DNA of 32,000 nt from Candidatus Velamenicoccus archaeovorus (GCF_004102945.1 NZ_CP019384.1:1-32000); one strand, 5' to 3'; counted from the stretch's first letter, positions 12,442 through 20,760 are shown. Numbers and translations: made by a program. Notes: generated from the letters alone by a model not told the origin.

Positions 12442-13326
12442 GTGGACAAAAGAAAACTGAGCATTATTCTTGCGGTCGTTCTGGCGCTTGTGGCCGTGGT
12501 GATGGTGAGGAACTATATCTCCCAGACCGAAAAGAAATACATTAAAGAGGAAAAGAAGGCGTATGTGCTGGTCGCCACCCAACCCATCGCCGCGGGCGCC
12601 ACGATCGACGAATCCATGATGAAGATGGAGGCGATCCCCGAAAAGTACGTCCAGCCCAATGCGGTCAATTCGCCCAGCCTTGCCGCCGGGCGGCGCGCAG
12701 CCGCAGCCATCGCTCCCGGCGAGCAGATCATGACGACAAAATTGACCTTGGCCGTCAAAGACACGAGCCTGGCCATGCGCACGCCGCAGGGCAAGCGCGC
12801 CATCACGATTACGGTGCCGTTTTTGTCGGCCGTCGGCGGCAAGATCCGCCCCGGCGATTACGTGGACGTGATCGGCACGTTCCCGTATAACGCGCAGGTC
12901 GACGGACGCACAGTCACCGAGATGGTGAGCGTCACTTTGTTTCAGAACGTGCTTGTGTTGGGCGTAGAGGGTGGTATGGGCATCCCGGCACAGAGAGGAC
13001 AGGCCGCCACCGCTCCCACAGACTTGATCATTATGCTGGCATTGTCGCCGCGGGAAGCGGCGCTCTTATCGTTTGCGCTCGAACAAAAGGCTTCTCTGAG
13101 GATGGTTTTGAGGCCGCCTTTGGAGACGGCGATCGAACCTGTGCCGCCCGTTGAGGTCAACGCGCTGTGGCAATATGTTTTCAGTAATCTCGGCCAGGAG
13201 TTCATGGCGACCAAAGAAGAGTCGTCGTCCATGAAGCCCCAAGAGAAGAAGCAGGAACCGCCGGCGCCCCCGACCGTCGAGATCTACCGGGGGACTGAAA
13301 AATCGAACATGATCATGAACAAGTAG
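12442..13326 (+). CDS. cpaB: Flp pilus assembly protein CpaB/RcpC
   Basis: ORF 12382-13326. Likely GTG start at 12442 (GAGGAG at 12427-12432). N-terminal TM helix LSIILAVVLALVAVVMV. SAF-like segment YVLVATQPIAAGATIDESMM. RcpC/CpaB segment RAITITVPFLSAVGGKIRPGDYVDVIGTF. Confidence 0.85.
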   Translation: MDKRKLSIILAVVLALVAVVMVRNYISQTEKKYIKEEKKAYVLVATQPIAAGATIDESMMKMEAIPEKYVQPNAVNSPSLAAGRRAAAAIAPGEQIMTTKLTLAVKDTSLAMRTPQGKRAITITVPFLSAVGGKIRPGDYVDVIGTFPYNAQVDGRTVTEMVSVTLFQNVLVLGVEGGMGIPAQRGQAATAPTDLIIMLALSPREAALLSFALEQKASLRMVLRPPLETAIEPVPPVEVNALWQYVFSNLGQEFMATKEESSSMKPQEKKQEPPAPPTVEIYRGTEKSNMIMNK

Positions 13327-13332
13327 CCTTTG

Positions 13333-14925
13333 ATGAAAAGAGCCAAAAGCGTCGCACTTCTTTTATCGGCGGCTGTTGCGTTTCTGGCAGGGATGCTGTG
13401 CGTTCCTCGCCAAGTGCGCAGTGAATTTTTGTTCAACGATTACGATATGGCCAGACAGCTGGATATCGTGATCGGGGAATCCAAGGTCGTGGAAGTCGCC
13501 AACCCCAAGAGGATCGCGATCGGTGATCCGAAGATCGCCGATGTCGTCGGCGCCAGCCGGACGGAAATCCTCGTCTCCGCCAAGGCGGCAGGAGAAACGA
13601 ACCTCCAGATATGGGACGATTACGGCCAGCGTGAAGTGCTCGTGCGGGTTTTTGAGGAAGACCTTGGCAGGCTCAAGAAGCGGCTGGAAGACCTCTTCGC
13701 GACGGCAGGGCTGCGCAGCGTCTATTTCCAGGTGGGAGAGCAGGAGAGGAAGGTTTTTGTGCTGGGAGAAGTCCCCTTGCGGAAAAAAGATGTCGTGACC
13801 CAGCTCCTTGAGAGTTTCCGCAACCGGATCATCGACCTCGTGACATTCAAAGAGGACAATCCTTTGGTTGAGATCGATGTTCAGGTTATGGAGATCGCCA
13901 AGACCGCCATTGATAAGCTCGGCATCAACTGGTCGCAGTCCCTGGTGTTCAATGAGCAACCGACGCCGGCGCCACACACGCTGATCCGTCAAGCAGCAGA
14001 CCTCATTAAGGCGGTTGGTCAGTCGCAGTTCGACCGCACGGCCCTCACCGCGACCCTCAATATTCTTGAACAGGACAATCTGGCGCGGACCCTGGCGCGG
14101 CCCAAGCTTGTGGCCCTGAGCGGCAAGGAGGCCAAAATCCTCGTCGGAGGTTCTGTCCCGATCTTGTCGAGCGTCAGCGTCTCCAGCGGTACGACAACGA
14201 CGGCCGTGGACTATGTCGAGTACGGCATCAAGCTCAATATCAAACCCGAAGTGAAGGAGACCGGCGACATCCAGTGCAGCCTGGAGGTCGAGATCAAGAC
14301 GATCGACTCATCCACTCAGCTGACGGTCCAGACAGGGCAGTCCATTTCGACGACGACGCCGGGATTCAAGACGCGCAATGTCACCTCCGAATTGTATCTG
14401 AAGAACAACGAGACGATCTTTTTGGCCGGCCTCATCGACAATGAGCAGACGAACAATCTCCAGCAGGTCCCCGGCTTGGGGAACCTGCCGATCTTCGGGG
14501 CGCTCTTCCGCTCCAAAAACTTCCAGGTGGGCGATACGGAACTCGTGGTTTCCCTGACACCCAAGGTTGTCCGTTACGGTGACATGCTGCAGGATGTCGA
14601 GTCGGCCAGCAAGGGAAAGGCGGCTCCGGAAGAAGAGCCCGCCGATGCCTACGTGCGCACCATCCAGGAGACGATCCTTAAAAATGTTTCTTATCCTGTC
14701 GAGGCGCAGCGTGCGAACCTTTCGGGCGAGGTGGTGTTGAGCCTTCACTTGCTTTCCAGCGGCCAGCTCGTTGGCGTCATGGTGAGCCAGTCGTCGGGCC
14801 ACAAGCTTCTGGATAAGGCCGCTGTTTATACGGTCAAGAGGCTGGCGCCCTATCCGGCGTTTCCCAAAGGGCTTCTTCTCAAGGAGATATGGGTTGAAGT
14901 GCCTATCGCCTATCAAATGAATTAG
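13333..14925 (+). CDS. cpaC: Tad secretin CpaC/RcpA with a C-terminal TonB_C-like domain
   Basis: 530 aa. Signal peptide. Pilus-formation N-domain (IVIGESKVVEVANPKRIAIGDPKIADV...TNLQIWDD). Secretin core (LARPKLVALSGKEAKILVGG...VPGLGNLPIFGALFRS...ELVVSLTPKVV). The last ~90 aa read VSYPVEAQRANLSGEVVLSLHLLSSGQLVGVMVSQSSGHKLLDKAAVYTVKRLAPYPAFP, a TonB C-terminal pattern. Confidence 0.88.
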   Translation: MKRAKSVALLLSAAVAFLAGMLCVPRQVRSEFLFNDYDMARQLDIVIGESKVVEVANPKRIAIGDPKIADVVGASRTEILVSAKAAGETNLQIWDDYGQREVLVRVFEEDLGRLKKRLEDLFATAGLRSVYFQVGEQERKVFVLGEVPLRKKDVVTQLLESFRNRIIDLVTFKEDNPLVEIDVQVMEIAKTAIDKLGINWSQSLVFNEQPTPAPHTLIRQAADLIKAVGQSQFDRTALTATLNILEQDNLARTLARPKLVALSGKEAKILVGGSVPILSSVSVSSGTTTTAVDYVEYGIKLNIKPEVKETGDIQCSLEVEIKTIDSSTQLTVQTGQSISTTTPGFKTRNVTSELYLKNNETIFLAGLIDNEQTNNLQQVPGLGNLPIFGALFRSKNFQVGDTELVVSLTPKVVRYGDMLQDVESASKGKAAPEEEPADAYVRTIQETILKNVSYPVEAQRANLSGEVVLSLHLLSSGQLVGVMVSQSSGHKLLDKAAVYTVKRLAPYPAFPKGLLLKEIWVEVPIAYQMN

Positions 14926-14946
14926 GGAATATATCCGAACCAAGCC

Positions 14947-17169
14947 ATGGCAGACAATACTCCTACTCCTGCTCCCGCTGCTCCTGCGCCCAACCTGGGC
15001 AACATCATCACCATCTTCAGCACCAAGGGGGGTGTCGGCAAGACGCTTTTGGCGGTCAACCTCGCGATCGCCCTCGCCCAGGAAGGCAAGCGCGTGGCCC
15101 TGTTGGATATGGACCTCCAGGCGGTCCAGGACATGGCGCGCATGATCGACGCCACCCCCCAGTATTCCATATTCGACATTGTCTCCATCCTTGAGAAGAT
15201 CGAGCAGGCGGGCAACATCAAGAATTATATGACCCTCGTCAGCTCCGCCGGCATTGATTTTCTTCCGGCCATCACCCGGCCCAAACAGTCGCCGCACATC
15301 ACCGGCGAGCGCATCGGCAAGATTGTTTCGATGCTGACGCCGTTCTATGATTTTATCATCGTGGACGGCGGCCGCGCCTTTACGGACAGCCTCATCCATA
15401 TCTTCAACCGTTCGAACCTGATCCTTTTTATCGTGACGCCGGACATCCTCTCGGTGTACGAGACGCGCTGGGGGCTGGATGTGTTGCAGTCCCTGCACTT
15501 CCCGCTCAAGATGATCAAGCTCCTTTTGAATCGTGCGGAGAGCAAGTCCGGTCTCTCATGGCAGGAAGTCAAGCTTGCGCTCCCCTGCGAGATCATCGCC
15601 AGCGTTCCGTCGGACGGACGCGTCGTCGGCCTGGCCTTGAACCGCGGCGTCCCGGTCGTCATTGACAGTCCCGCCAGCCGCGTCAGCGTCGGAATCAAAA
15701 AATTCGCCCAGGAGCTGATCGCCAACCAGTCCCTTTATATTGCTCACAAGGAGGTCCAGGACCTGCGTTCCATCAAAAAAGAAGAGGTGCCCGTCGCCGG
15801 CACCTTCTGGGATATGATGGGGCTTTCGGACAAGGTCAAGTGGGTCAAGCCCATCGAACAGGAAGACGAGATCCTCCGTCTCAAAAGACGCATCCATGCG
15901 CGCCTGATCGAAGAACTTGACTTGAAGCGCCTGGACATGGAATTGATCAATAATCCTAAGAAGGCCAAGGAGCTGAGGGAAAAAGCGGAAAAGATCATCA
16001 CCAATCTTCTGGCGGACGAGACAGGCGCTTTTCTTTCGAGCCTCGAGGTCAGGGAAAAGCTGGTCAAAGAGCTCGCCGATGAAGCCCTCGGCTTGGGGCC
16101 TCTGGAGGAACTTCTGCGGGACGGGGATATTTCCGACATCATGGTGAACAACAAGGACCAGGTGTATATCGAAAAACACGGGCGTGTCGAGTTGACGAGC
16201 AAGAAGTTTATTTCCGACGACCAGGTGAAGGTCGTCATCGAGCGCATCATCGCGCCCCTGGGCCGGCGCATCGACGAATCCGTGCCTATGGTGGATGCGC
16301 GTCTTCCCGACGGCTCGCGTGTCAACGCGATCATCCCGCCGTTGTCTTTGACGGGTCCGACCCTGACGATCAGAAAGTTCGCGCGCGAACATTTCACGAT
16401 CGAAGATCTCATCGCGCGTTTCGGGAGCCTGGACCGCGACATCGCGGATTTCCTGGCTGCCTGTGTTCTTTCCAGAAAGAACATCATCGTTTCGGGCGGA
16501 ACAGGTTCCGGGAAAACGACATTTCTCAACATCCTCTCCGATTTTATTCCCTCGAACGAGCGCATCGTCACTATCGAAGACGCAGCGGAATTGAAGCTGA
16601 ACCAGGAGCATTGGGTGCGCCTGGAATCCAGGCCTCCCAACATCGAAGGCAAGGGCGCTATCTCGATCCGCGACCTTTTCCGTAACTGCCTGCGTATGCG
16701 GCCCGACCGGATCGTCATCGGCGAGTGCCGCGGCGGCGAGGCGCTAGACATGCTCCAGGCCATGAATACGGGCCATGACGGTTCCTTGACGACCATCCAC
16801 GCCAATTCCACCCGCGATGTGCTGACCCGTCTGGATTCCATGATCCTGATGAGCGGCGTGGAGCTTCCCATCCGCGCCATCCGCGAGATGACGGCCTCCG
16901 CCATCGATATCGTCATCCAGACAGCCAGGTTGTCCGACGGGACCAGAAAGATCACGCAGGTGACGGAGGTTGCCGGCATGGACGATGAGCTCCATATCAG
17001 GTTTGCCGACATTTTCCAGTTCAAACAGTTGTCGATCGACCGGGACACGGGAAAGGTCATCGGCGAATTCACGGCCACGGGGAACCTCCCCAGTTTTTAC
17101 GAAGAGCTCATCACCCGCGGCATCCATCTCTCCTCAGATATCTTCCAGGTGAAGAATATTCAGAAATGA
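14947..17169 (+). CDS. cpaF: Fused CpaE/TadZ-like ParA/MinD ATPase and CpaF/TadA secretion ATPase
   Basis: 740 aa in one frame. The N-terminal ~270 aa carry the deviant Walker A IFSTKGGVGKTLLAVNLA of MinD/ParA/CpaE. The C-terminal ~450 aa carry LGPLEELLRDGDISDIMVN, Walker A VSGGTGSGKTTFLN, IVTIEDAAEL and RPDRIVIGECRGGEA, as in CpaF/TadA (T2SSE family). Confidence 0.9.
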   Translation: MADNTPTPAPAAPAPNLGNIITIFSTKGGVGKTLLAVNLAIALAQEGKRVALLDMDLQAVQDMARMIDATPQYSIFDIVSILEKIEQAGNIKNYMTLVSSAGIDFLPAITRPKQSPHITGERIGKIVSMLTPFYDFIIVDGGRAFTDSLIHIFNRSNLILFIVTPDILSVYETRWGLDVLQSLHFPLKMIKLLLNRAESKSGLSWQEVKLALPCEIIASVPSDGRVVGLALNRGVPVVIDSPASRVSVGIKKFAQELIANQSLYIAHKEVQDLRSIKKEEVPVAGTFWDMMGLSDKVKWVKPIEQEDEILRLKRRIHARLIEELDLKRLDMELINNPKKAKELREKAEKIITNLLADETGAFLSSLEVREKLVKELADEALGLGPLEELLRDGDISDIMVNNKDQVYIEKHGRVELTSKKFISDDQVKVVIERIIAPLGRRIDESVPMVDARLPDGSRVNAIIPPLSLTGPTLTIRKFAREHFTIEDLIARFGSLDRDIADFLAACVLSRKNIIVSGGTGSGKTTFLNILSDFIPSNERIVTIEDAAELKLNQEHWVRLESRPPNIEGKGAISIRDLFRNCLRMRPDRIVIGECRGGEALDMLQAMNTGHDGSLTTIHANSTRDVLTRLDSMILMSGVELPIRAIREMTASAIDIVIQTARLSDGTRKITQVTEVAGMDDELHIRFADIFQFKQLSIDRDTGKVIGEFTATGNLPSFYEELITRGIHLSSDIFQVKNIQK

Positions 17170-17495
17170 AGCTTGGGAGATCCGCCGTCAAACCTTGCGC
17201 GTCGCGGTCTCTTGAAGCGCCCCCAGAATCCGTTGTTTATCCCGGCTCGTTCCTGCCTTCCGAGCGAGAAAACTCCCCCTCTCGCGTCTTTCCATGCAGC
17301 CCCTGTCTTTCTATTTGTTGCGCCTCCGTGTCCGGGGTATCTTTCCGGACATAGCCGCCCCGTGGCGACCAATCCGCAGAGAAGGGTTGACGGGGATGGC
17401 AAAAGATCTCTGTCTGCGCAACATTTTCTTACCTCCTTTTGTTTGAACAAGTCCTCGCGCCAGCCGCTTGTTTTCCAGTAGATACCAATAACGGC

Positions 17496-17525
17496 TTGCC
17501 TGACCAAGTCGTCATTTGATATAAT
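17496..17525 (+). promoter_or_regulatory. Candidate sigma70-type promoter with extended -10 inside the non-coding spacer
   Basis: TTGCCT (17496-17501), an 18-nt spacer, then TG-a-TATAAT (TG 17517-17518, TATAAT 17520-17525). Confidence 0.4.
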
Positions 17526-17740
17526 GCTGCGAGCTTCTGTCCGGATGAGGCCAGGATTTTTCTTGGTCGGTTTGGATATCAAAAAGACCAAAAACTCTCA
17601 GGTTCTGCTGGAATGAGCGCCGGGTTTGGCAGATGGTCGCCACAACCCGGCCAAGCCAGGTTTTCAAGGAGGCAGGGCCGGTTGTACCAAAAATGGGCCT
17701 GGTGTTAAGGAGTCACCCCGCCAGAGGCACTCGTGGAGCC

Positions 17741-18166
17741 CCACGGCTTTACAGCCGTGGCCCCTTTTCCTGCCGGGCTTCCGCCGTGGGGCGGAATCCC
17801 GCCCGAATGCCATTCATCCTCACCTTGACAGGTGGGGCATTCTGGGTGCGGGGTAAAATTAACCTGGCCTGCCCAAGGCAGGCCGAGCAAGCTGCCGCAG
17901 AAAGCGGCACACCGCCACAGAAGGTGGCGCACTTGCCGTCCGAATGAGGCAAGGTGCGGCCCATCTGCCTCAGAAAGGTGGCATACCCGCCATTCCGGTT
18001 TGGCGGGGTGCGATGAGGCCGGGTGATCGGAGCCATCCCGCCAGAGGCGGAAAGCCACTAAAAACAGACTCCTTGCTTAAACGCTTGTTAATTTTACTCG
18101 TATACGCCAGAGGCACTCGTAAAATTAATGTCGCAAGCTTCGGAGTCATCCCGCCAGAGGCGGGAT
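17741..18166. repeat. Dense array of at least nine short GC-rich hairpins (candidate structured RNA or REP-like array)
   Basis: Perfect stems: 17741-17760 (8 bp), 17779-17796 (7 bp), 17866-17884 (8 bp), 17893-17909 (6 bp, loop AGAAA), 17913-17929 (6 bp, loop AGAAG), 17932-17953 (6 bp), 17986-18007 (7 bp), 18038-18050 (5 bp, loop AGA) and 18148-18166 (8 bp, loop AGA). No convincing ORF on either strand. Confidence 0.75.
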
Positions 18167-18178
18167 GAGGAGGGACAA

Positions 18179-18544
18179 ATGGCCGCAGAGGCCTTGTACA
18201 AGGCAATCGTTCAAGAATCCGGGAAGATGCTGGCAGACAAGATTACTATCGCCGATTCATTTGGCGCCAGGGCCAAAGGGCTTCTTGGAAAAATTGGGCT
18301 GGAGGATGGTCGGGGCCTTCTGATCAGGCCGTGTAGCTCTATACACATGTTTTTCATGAAATTCCCAATAGATGTCCTATTTCTGGCAAAAGATGGTAGA
18401 ATTATCAAGATAGTTAAAGGATTGAAGCCGTGGAGACTAAGCGGATGTTGGTTTGGGTGTCATATGGTTTTAGAGCTTAAAGAAGGAGTTTTAGATATTA
18501 ACGAAGATTTTGATAAAAAACACATAAAATTCGTCAAAATATAA
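18179..18544 (+). CDS. DUF192 (COG1430-like) domain protein
   Basis: ORF 18128-18544. I prefer the ATG at 18179 (GAGGAGGG at 18167-18174). The pattern ADSFGARAKGLLG...GLLIRPCSSIHMFFMKFPIDVLFLAKDGRIIKI...MVLELKEG matches DUF192. Confidence 0.72.
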   Translation: MAAEALYKAIVQESGKMLADKITIADSFGARAKGLLGKIGLEDGRGLLIRPCSSIHMFFMKFPIDVLFLAKDGRIIKIVKGLKPWRLSGCWFGCHMVLELKEGVLDINEDFDKKHIKFVKI

Positions 18545-18605
18545 TGTCCAATATATAAAATCATTTTCTATAACACAATGCAAAACATTAAATAACAGAA
18601 AATAA

Positions 18606-20177
18606 ATGTCCAAATTAGCTAAATTCAACCAAAATATCAAACGATTTATATTGGAGACTCGAAAGAGAAACTCTGATTATGGAGTTCGAAAGCTCGCTGA
18701 TCTTGCTTTTGGAAAGTTTGGAGTGAAAATCAGCAAATCAACTGTTAATAATATTGTCAAAAATGCCAAATTGAGCAAGCCGGTCGGCCGCAGTATATTG
18801 AAAACTTATAGATACTCCGGGGATTTGTACGGCGCAGGGTATGTTTTTTTTGTAGGCGCCATGCGTCTTTTGGGCATAGGGGACAAAGTTGCGGCCATTA
18901 CGTCGGAAATGGGGCTCTGTAAAGAGATCAGGCCGGAAACAATCCCGTCTCTTGTCGAAGGCTGGCTTCTGTCCAAGGCGGTTTATAATGTGCCTCTTGA
19001 AAAAATTGCAGGGTATTCAAAAAAAGAGCTATGGGATATCATAGGCTACAAAATTTCAAAGGCAAATTTTGAGACTTTTCTTGCCCATTTTGAATTCTCG
19101 CAAGATATTGGAAATAAATTAGTTATGTATTTTTTAAATTCCATAAAGGACGTCAGTTTTATTAAATTTACCCTTTCGGATGGAGGCGTTTTTCATGTTG
19201 ACGCAAAAGGTTGCTATGTCTGGACCGCCAAAAAGACCCCAGTTAATTTTTCTTCAAATCTTTTATTTTTAGATAGTTATATAAATTCTTTCGTGGAAGG
19301 AAATGAACCCTTCTTTGTCCTAAACGCTAATCCGGAGGGTAGTACTCAAGCTAAAGAGCTCCAGGATTTTATTCTGGCCATGGAAGGTTCTGTTGCTGAA
19401 AAGAGGATCCGCAGAATTGATCTTTTTGGTCCCGATGGACGGCCTTGCCGTGAAATTTCGTTCGTCCTGCCCCTCCGCAGAAGGTTTGTGATTGGTGCTT
19501 CTCCGGCTTCAGATACGGAGAAAATAACGGCCCCCGCCCCTAAAAGTTTCGAGTCCAATTTTATCTGTGAGCCTTTGGGCAAGCTGTTTTTTGTCTCAGA
19601 GGAAAGTCATAAAGTATCACAACATATTGGAAATAAAGATGTTATGATAAGAAAAATCCATCTTAAATCGTCAGATCCTTCTTTGAGGATTTCGCTTTTG
19701 ACGAATCTTGATCCCAAGGATTGGACCGCGGTTGAAATAGCCGAGGGTTATCTGCGGAGATTCGGAAATTTCCAAGAATACTTATTGCGGGCTTCTGAGT
19801 GGGCAAAAAATCCTGGGTATGCAGATGAATTTGTGTCTGCCGATCGCTTTTTGGCGCATTCTTTGAGGCTGAAAGAGTCGAAAGATGCCGAGCATTTATT
19901 CGCCTGTCTCGTCGAGGTTTGCGATCTTTTCGCTAAAATGAGCTTCCTGCCCCCTTTGTGCAGACAGTGGAGTTTGTTGAAAACCAGGGAGTTGATTTAT
20001 AAGCAACCCGGTGCTGTGCAGAGGGACACGGCCTGCGATGTTTTATTTAACATATTGAAAACAAAAGAGTTAGAGAAAATACGTGTTTTAGAGCACGCTT
20101 CGCTCATATTTAACAGCCTCCCTGTGAATGAACGATCCGGCCGCAAGTTGTGGATTTTTCTGACAGCCGCAGTTTGA
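18606..20177 (+). CDS. Hypothetical 523-aa protein with N-terminal HTH; possibly transposase-derived
   Basis: Long uninterrupted ORF in a low-GC segment. The N-terminus RKRNSDYGVRKLADLAFGKFGVKISKSTVNNIVKNAKL looks like a transposase-type HTH. The C-terminal WTAVEIAEGYLRRFGNFQEYLL resembles the Y-x2-R-x3-E region of IS4-like DDE transposases, but the E is out of register. No terminal inverted repeats seen. Confidence 0.6.
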   Translation: MSKLAKFNQNIKRFILETRKRNSDYGVRKLADLAFGKFGVKISKSTVNNIVKNAKLSKPVGRSILKTYRYSGDLYGAGYVFFVGAMRLLGIGDKVAAITSEMGLCKEIRPETIPSLVEGWLLSKAVYNVPLEKIAGYSKKELWDIIGYKISKANFETFLAHFEFSQDIGNKLVMYFLNSIKDVSFIKFTLSDGGVFHVDAKGCYVWTAKKTPVNFSSNLLFLDSYINSFVEGNEPFFVLNANPEGSTQAKELQDFILAMEGSVAEKRIRRIDLFGPDGRPCREISFVLPLRRRFVIGASPASDTEKITAPAPKSFESNFICEPLGKLFFVSEESHKVSQHIGNKDVMIRKIHLKSSDPSLRISLLTNLDPKDWTAVEIAEGYLRRFGNFQEYLLRASEWAKNPGYADEFVSADRFLAHSLRLKESKDAEHLFACLVEVCDLFAKMSFLPPLCRQWSLLKTRELIYKQPGAVQRDTACDVLFNILKTKELEKIRVLEHASLIFNSLPVNERSGRKLWIFLTAAV

Positions 20178-20281
20178 ATCCCCTGGAAGTCCCCAGAAAT
20201 TCTCACAGAACTTTTTATGTTACCCCATGTAAAAAACCCAGTTACGTAAGAAAACGCTTTCTTTTTTGGGGTAAAAATTTG

Positions 20282-20311
20282 TTGACATCATTATAATATA
20301 TATGATATAGT
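20282..20311 (+). promoter_or_regulatory. Candidate sigma70-type promoter for the flp gene array
   Basis: TTGACA (20282-20287), an 18-nt spacer, then TG-a-TATAGT (TATAGT 20306-20311), in a very AT-rich stretch ~190 nt upstream of the first flp start. Confidence 0.5.
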
Positions 20312-20429
20312 TTTGGTGCAAGATCGGTATCGAATCGACCACGGAAAAAAGATGAAAAACGCCACGGAAACAAAAAACATTTTTGGGATTTTTTGTCCCT
20401 ATTGGGTCGTTCGGCAGATTTTTCCGGCA

Positions 20430-20489
20430 GCCGAATCGTTCAATGCTGATTTTTTGAAAGAAAAGCATGAGCGATTCGGCAATTTTTTT
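20430..20489 (+). terminator. Leader stem-loop plus T7 tract upstream of flp1 (candidate attenuator)
   Basis: GCCGAATCG (20430-20438) pairs perfectly with CGATTCGGC (20472-20480), with an inner ATGCT/AGCAT stem. It is followed by aaTTTTTTTc (T-run 20483-20489). An upstream TTCGGC (20410-20415) could alternatively pair with GCCGAA (20430-20435). Confidence 0.45.
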
Positions 20490-20501
20490 CTAGGGTTCGT
20501 A

Positions 20502-20750
20502 ATGAGTTTAAAAAAGTTCTTAAAAAGATCCGTTTGGACAATAAGCGGCCAGTCGATCATTGAATATTTCGTCCTGCTGGTTGCGATAGCCGCGTTGACG
20601 ATTGTGGGGAGCTCGGCTTTTTATGCCAAGATGCAGCGCTCATCGGGGTACGTGTTGAATTATTCCGTAGGCCAGATGAAGCAGAGCAATCTCAACACCT
20701 TTTCACTGGGGGGAGTGACTCCCGGCGGATGGACAAACACAACGATTTGA
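20502..20750 (+). CDS. flp: Flp/Fap-type prepilin-like protein, paralog 1
   Basis: 82 aa from the ATG at 20502. Basic leader MSLKKFLKRSVWTIS, then G-QSII-EY and the hydrophobic helix FVLLVAIAALTIVG (the G/x4-EY Flp motif). Confidence 0.8.
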   Translation: MSLKKFLKRSVWTISGQSIIEYFVLLVAIAALTIVGSSAFYAKMQRSSGYVLNYSVGQMKQSNLNTFSLGGVTPGGWTNTTI

Positions 20751-20760
20751 GGGGCGGGAC

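Noticed and set aside
14308-17078. Three long minus-strand ORFs (396, 351 and 444 aa)
   Set aside because: They overlap each other and lie antisense to the secretin and the CpaE-CpaF fusion, whose motifs are clear. Their sequences are Arg/Asp/Gly-rich or Ser/Arg-rich without domains.
17741-18166. Possible CRISPR array
   Set aside because: The hairpins differ in sequence, have no constant repeat unit and are irregularly spaced with almost no spacers. No cas genes are nearby.
17160-18206. Cluster of mutually overlapping 62-143 aa ORFs on both strands
   Set aside because: None has an RBS, protein-like composition or recognisable motifs. The region is better explained as hairpin-rich non-coding DNA.
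18560-20300. Intact insertion sequence
   Set aside because: No terminal inverted repeats or flanking direct repeats could be found by eye, and the putative DDE signature is degenerate.
20313-20501. N-terminal 63-codon extension of flp1 suggested by the ORF track
   Set aside because: The extension would start inside the promoter-like region and cover the leader hairpin and T-run. An Flp prepilin needs only the short basic leader beginning at the ATG at 20502.
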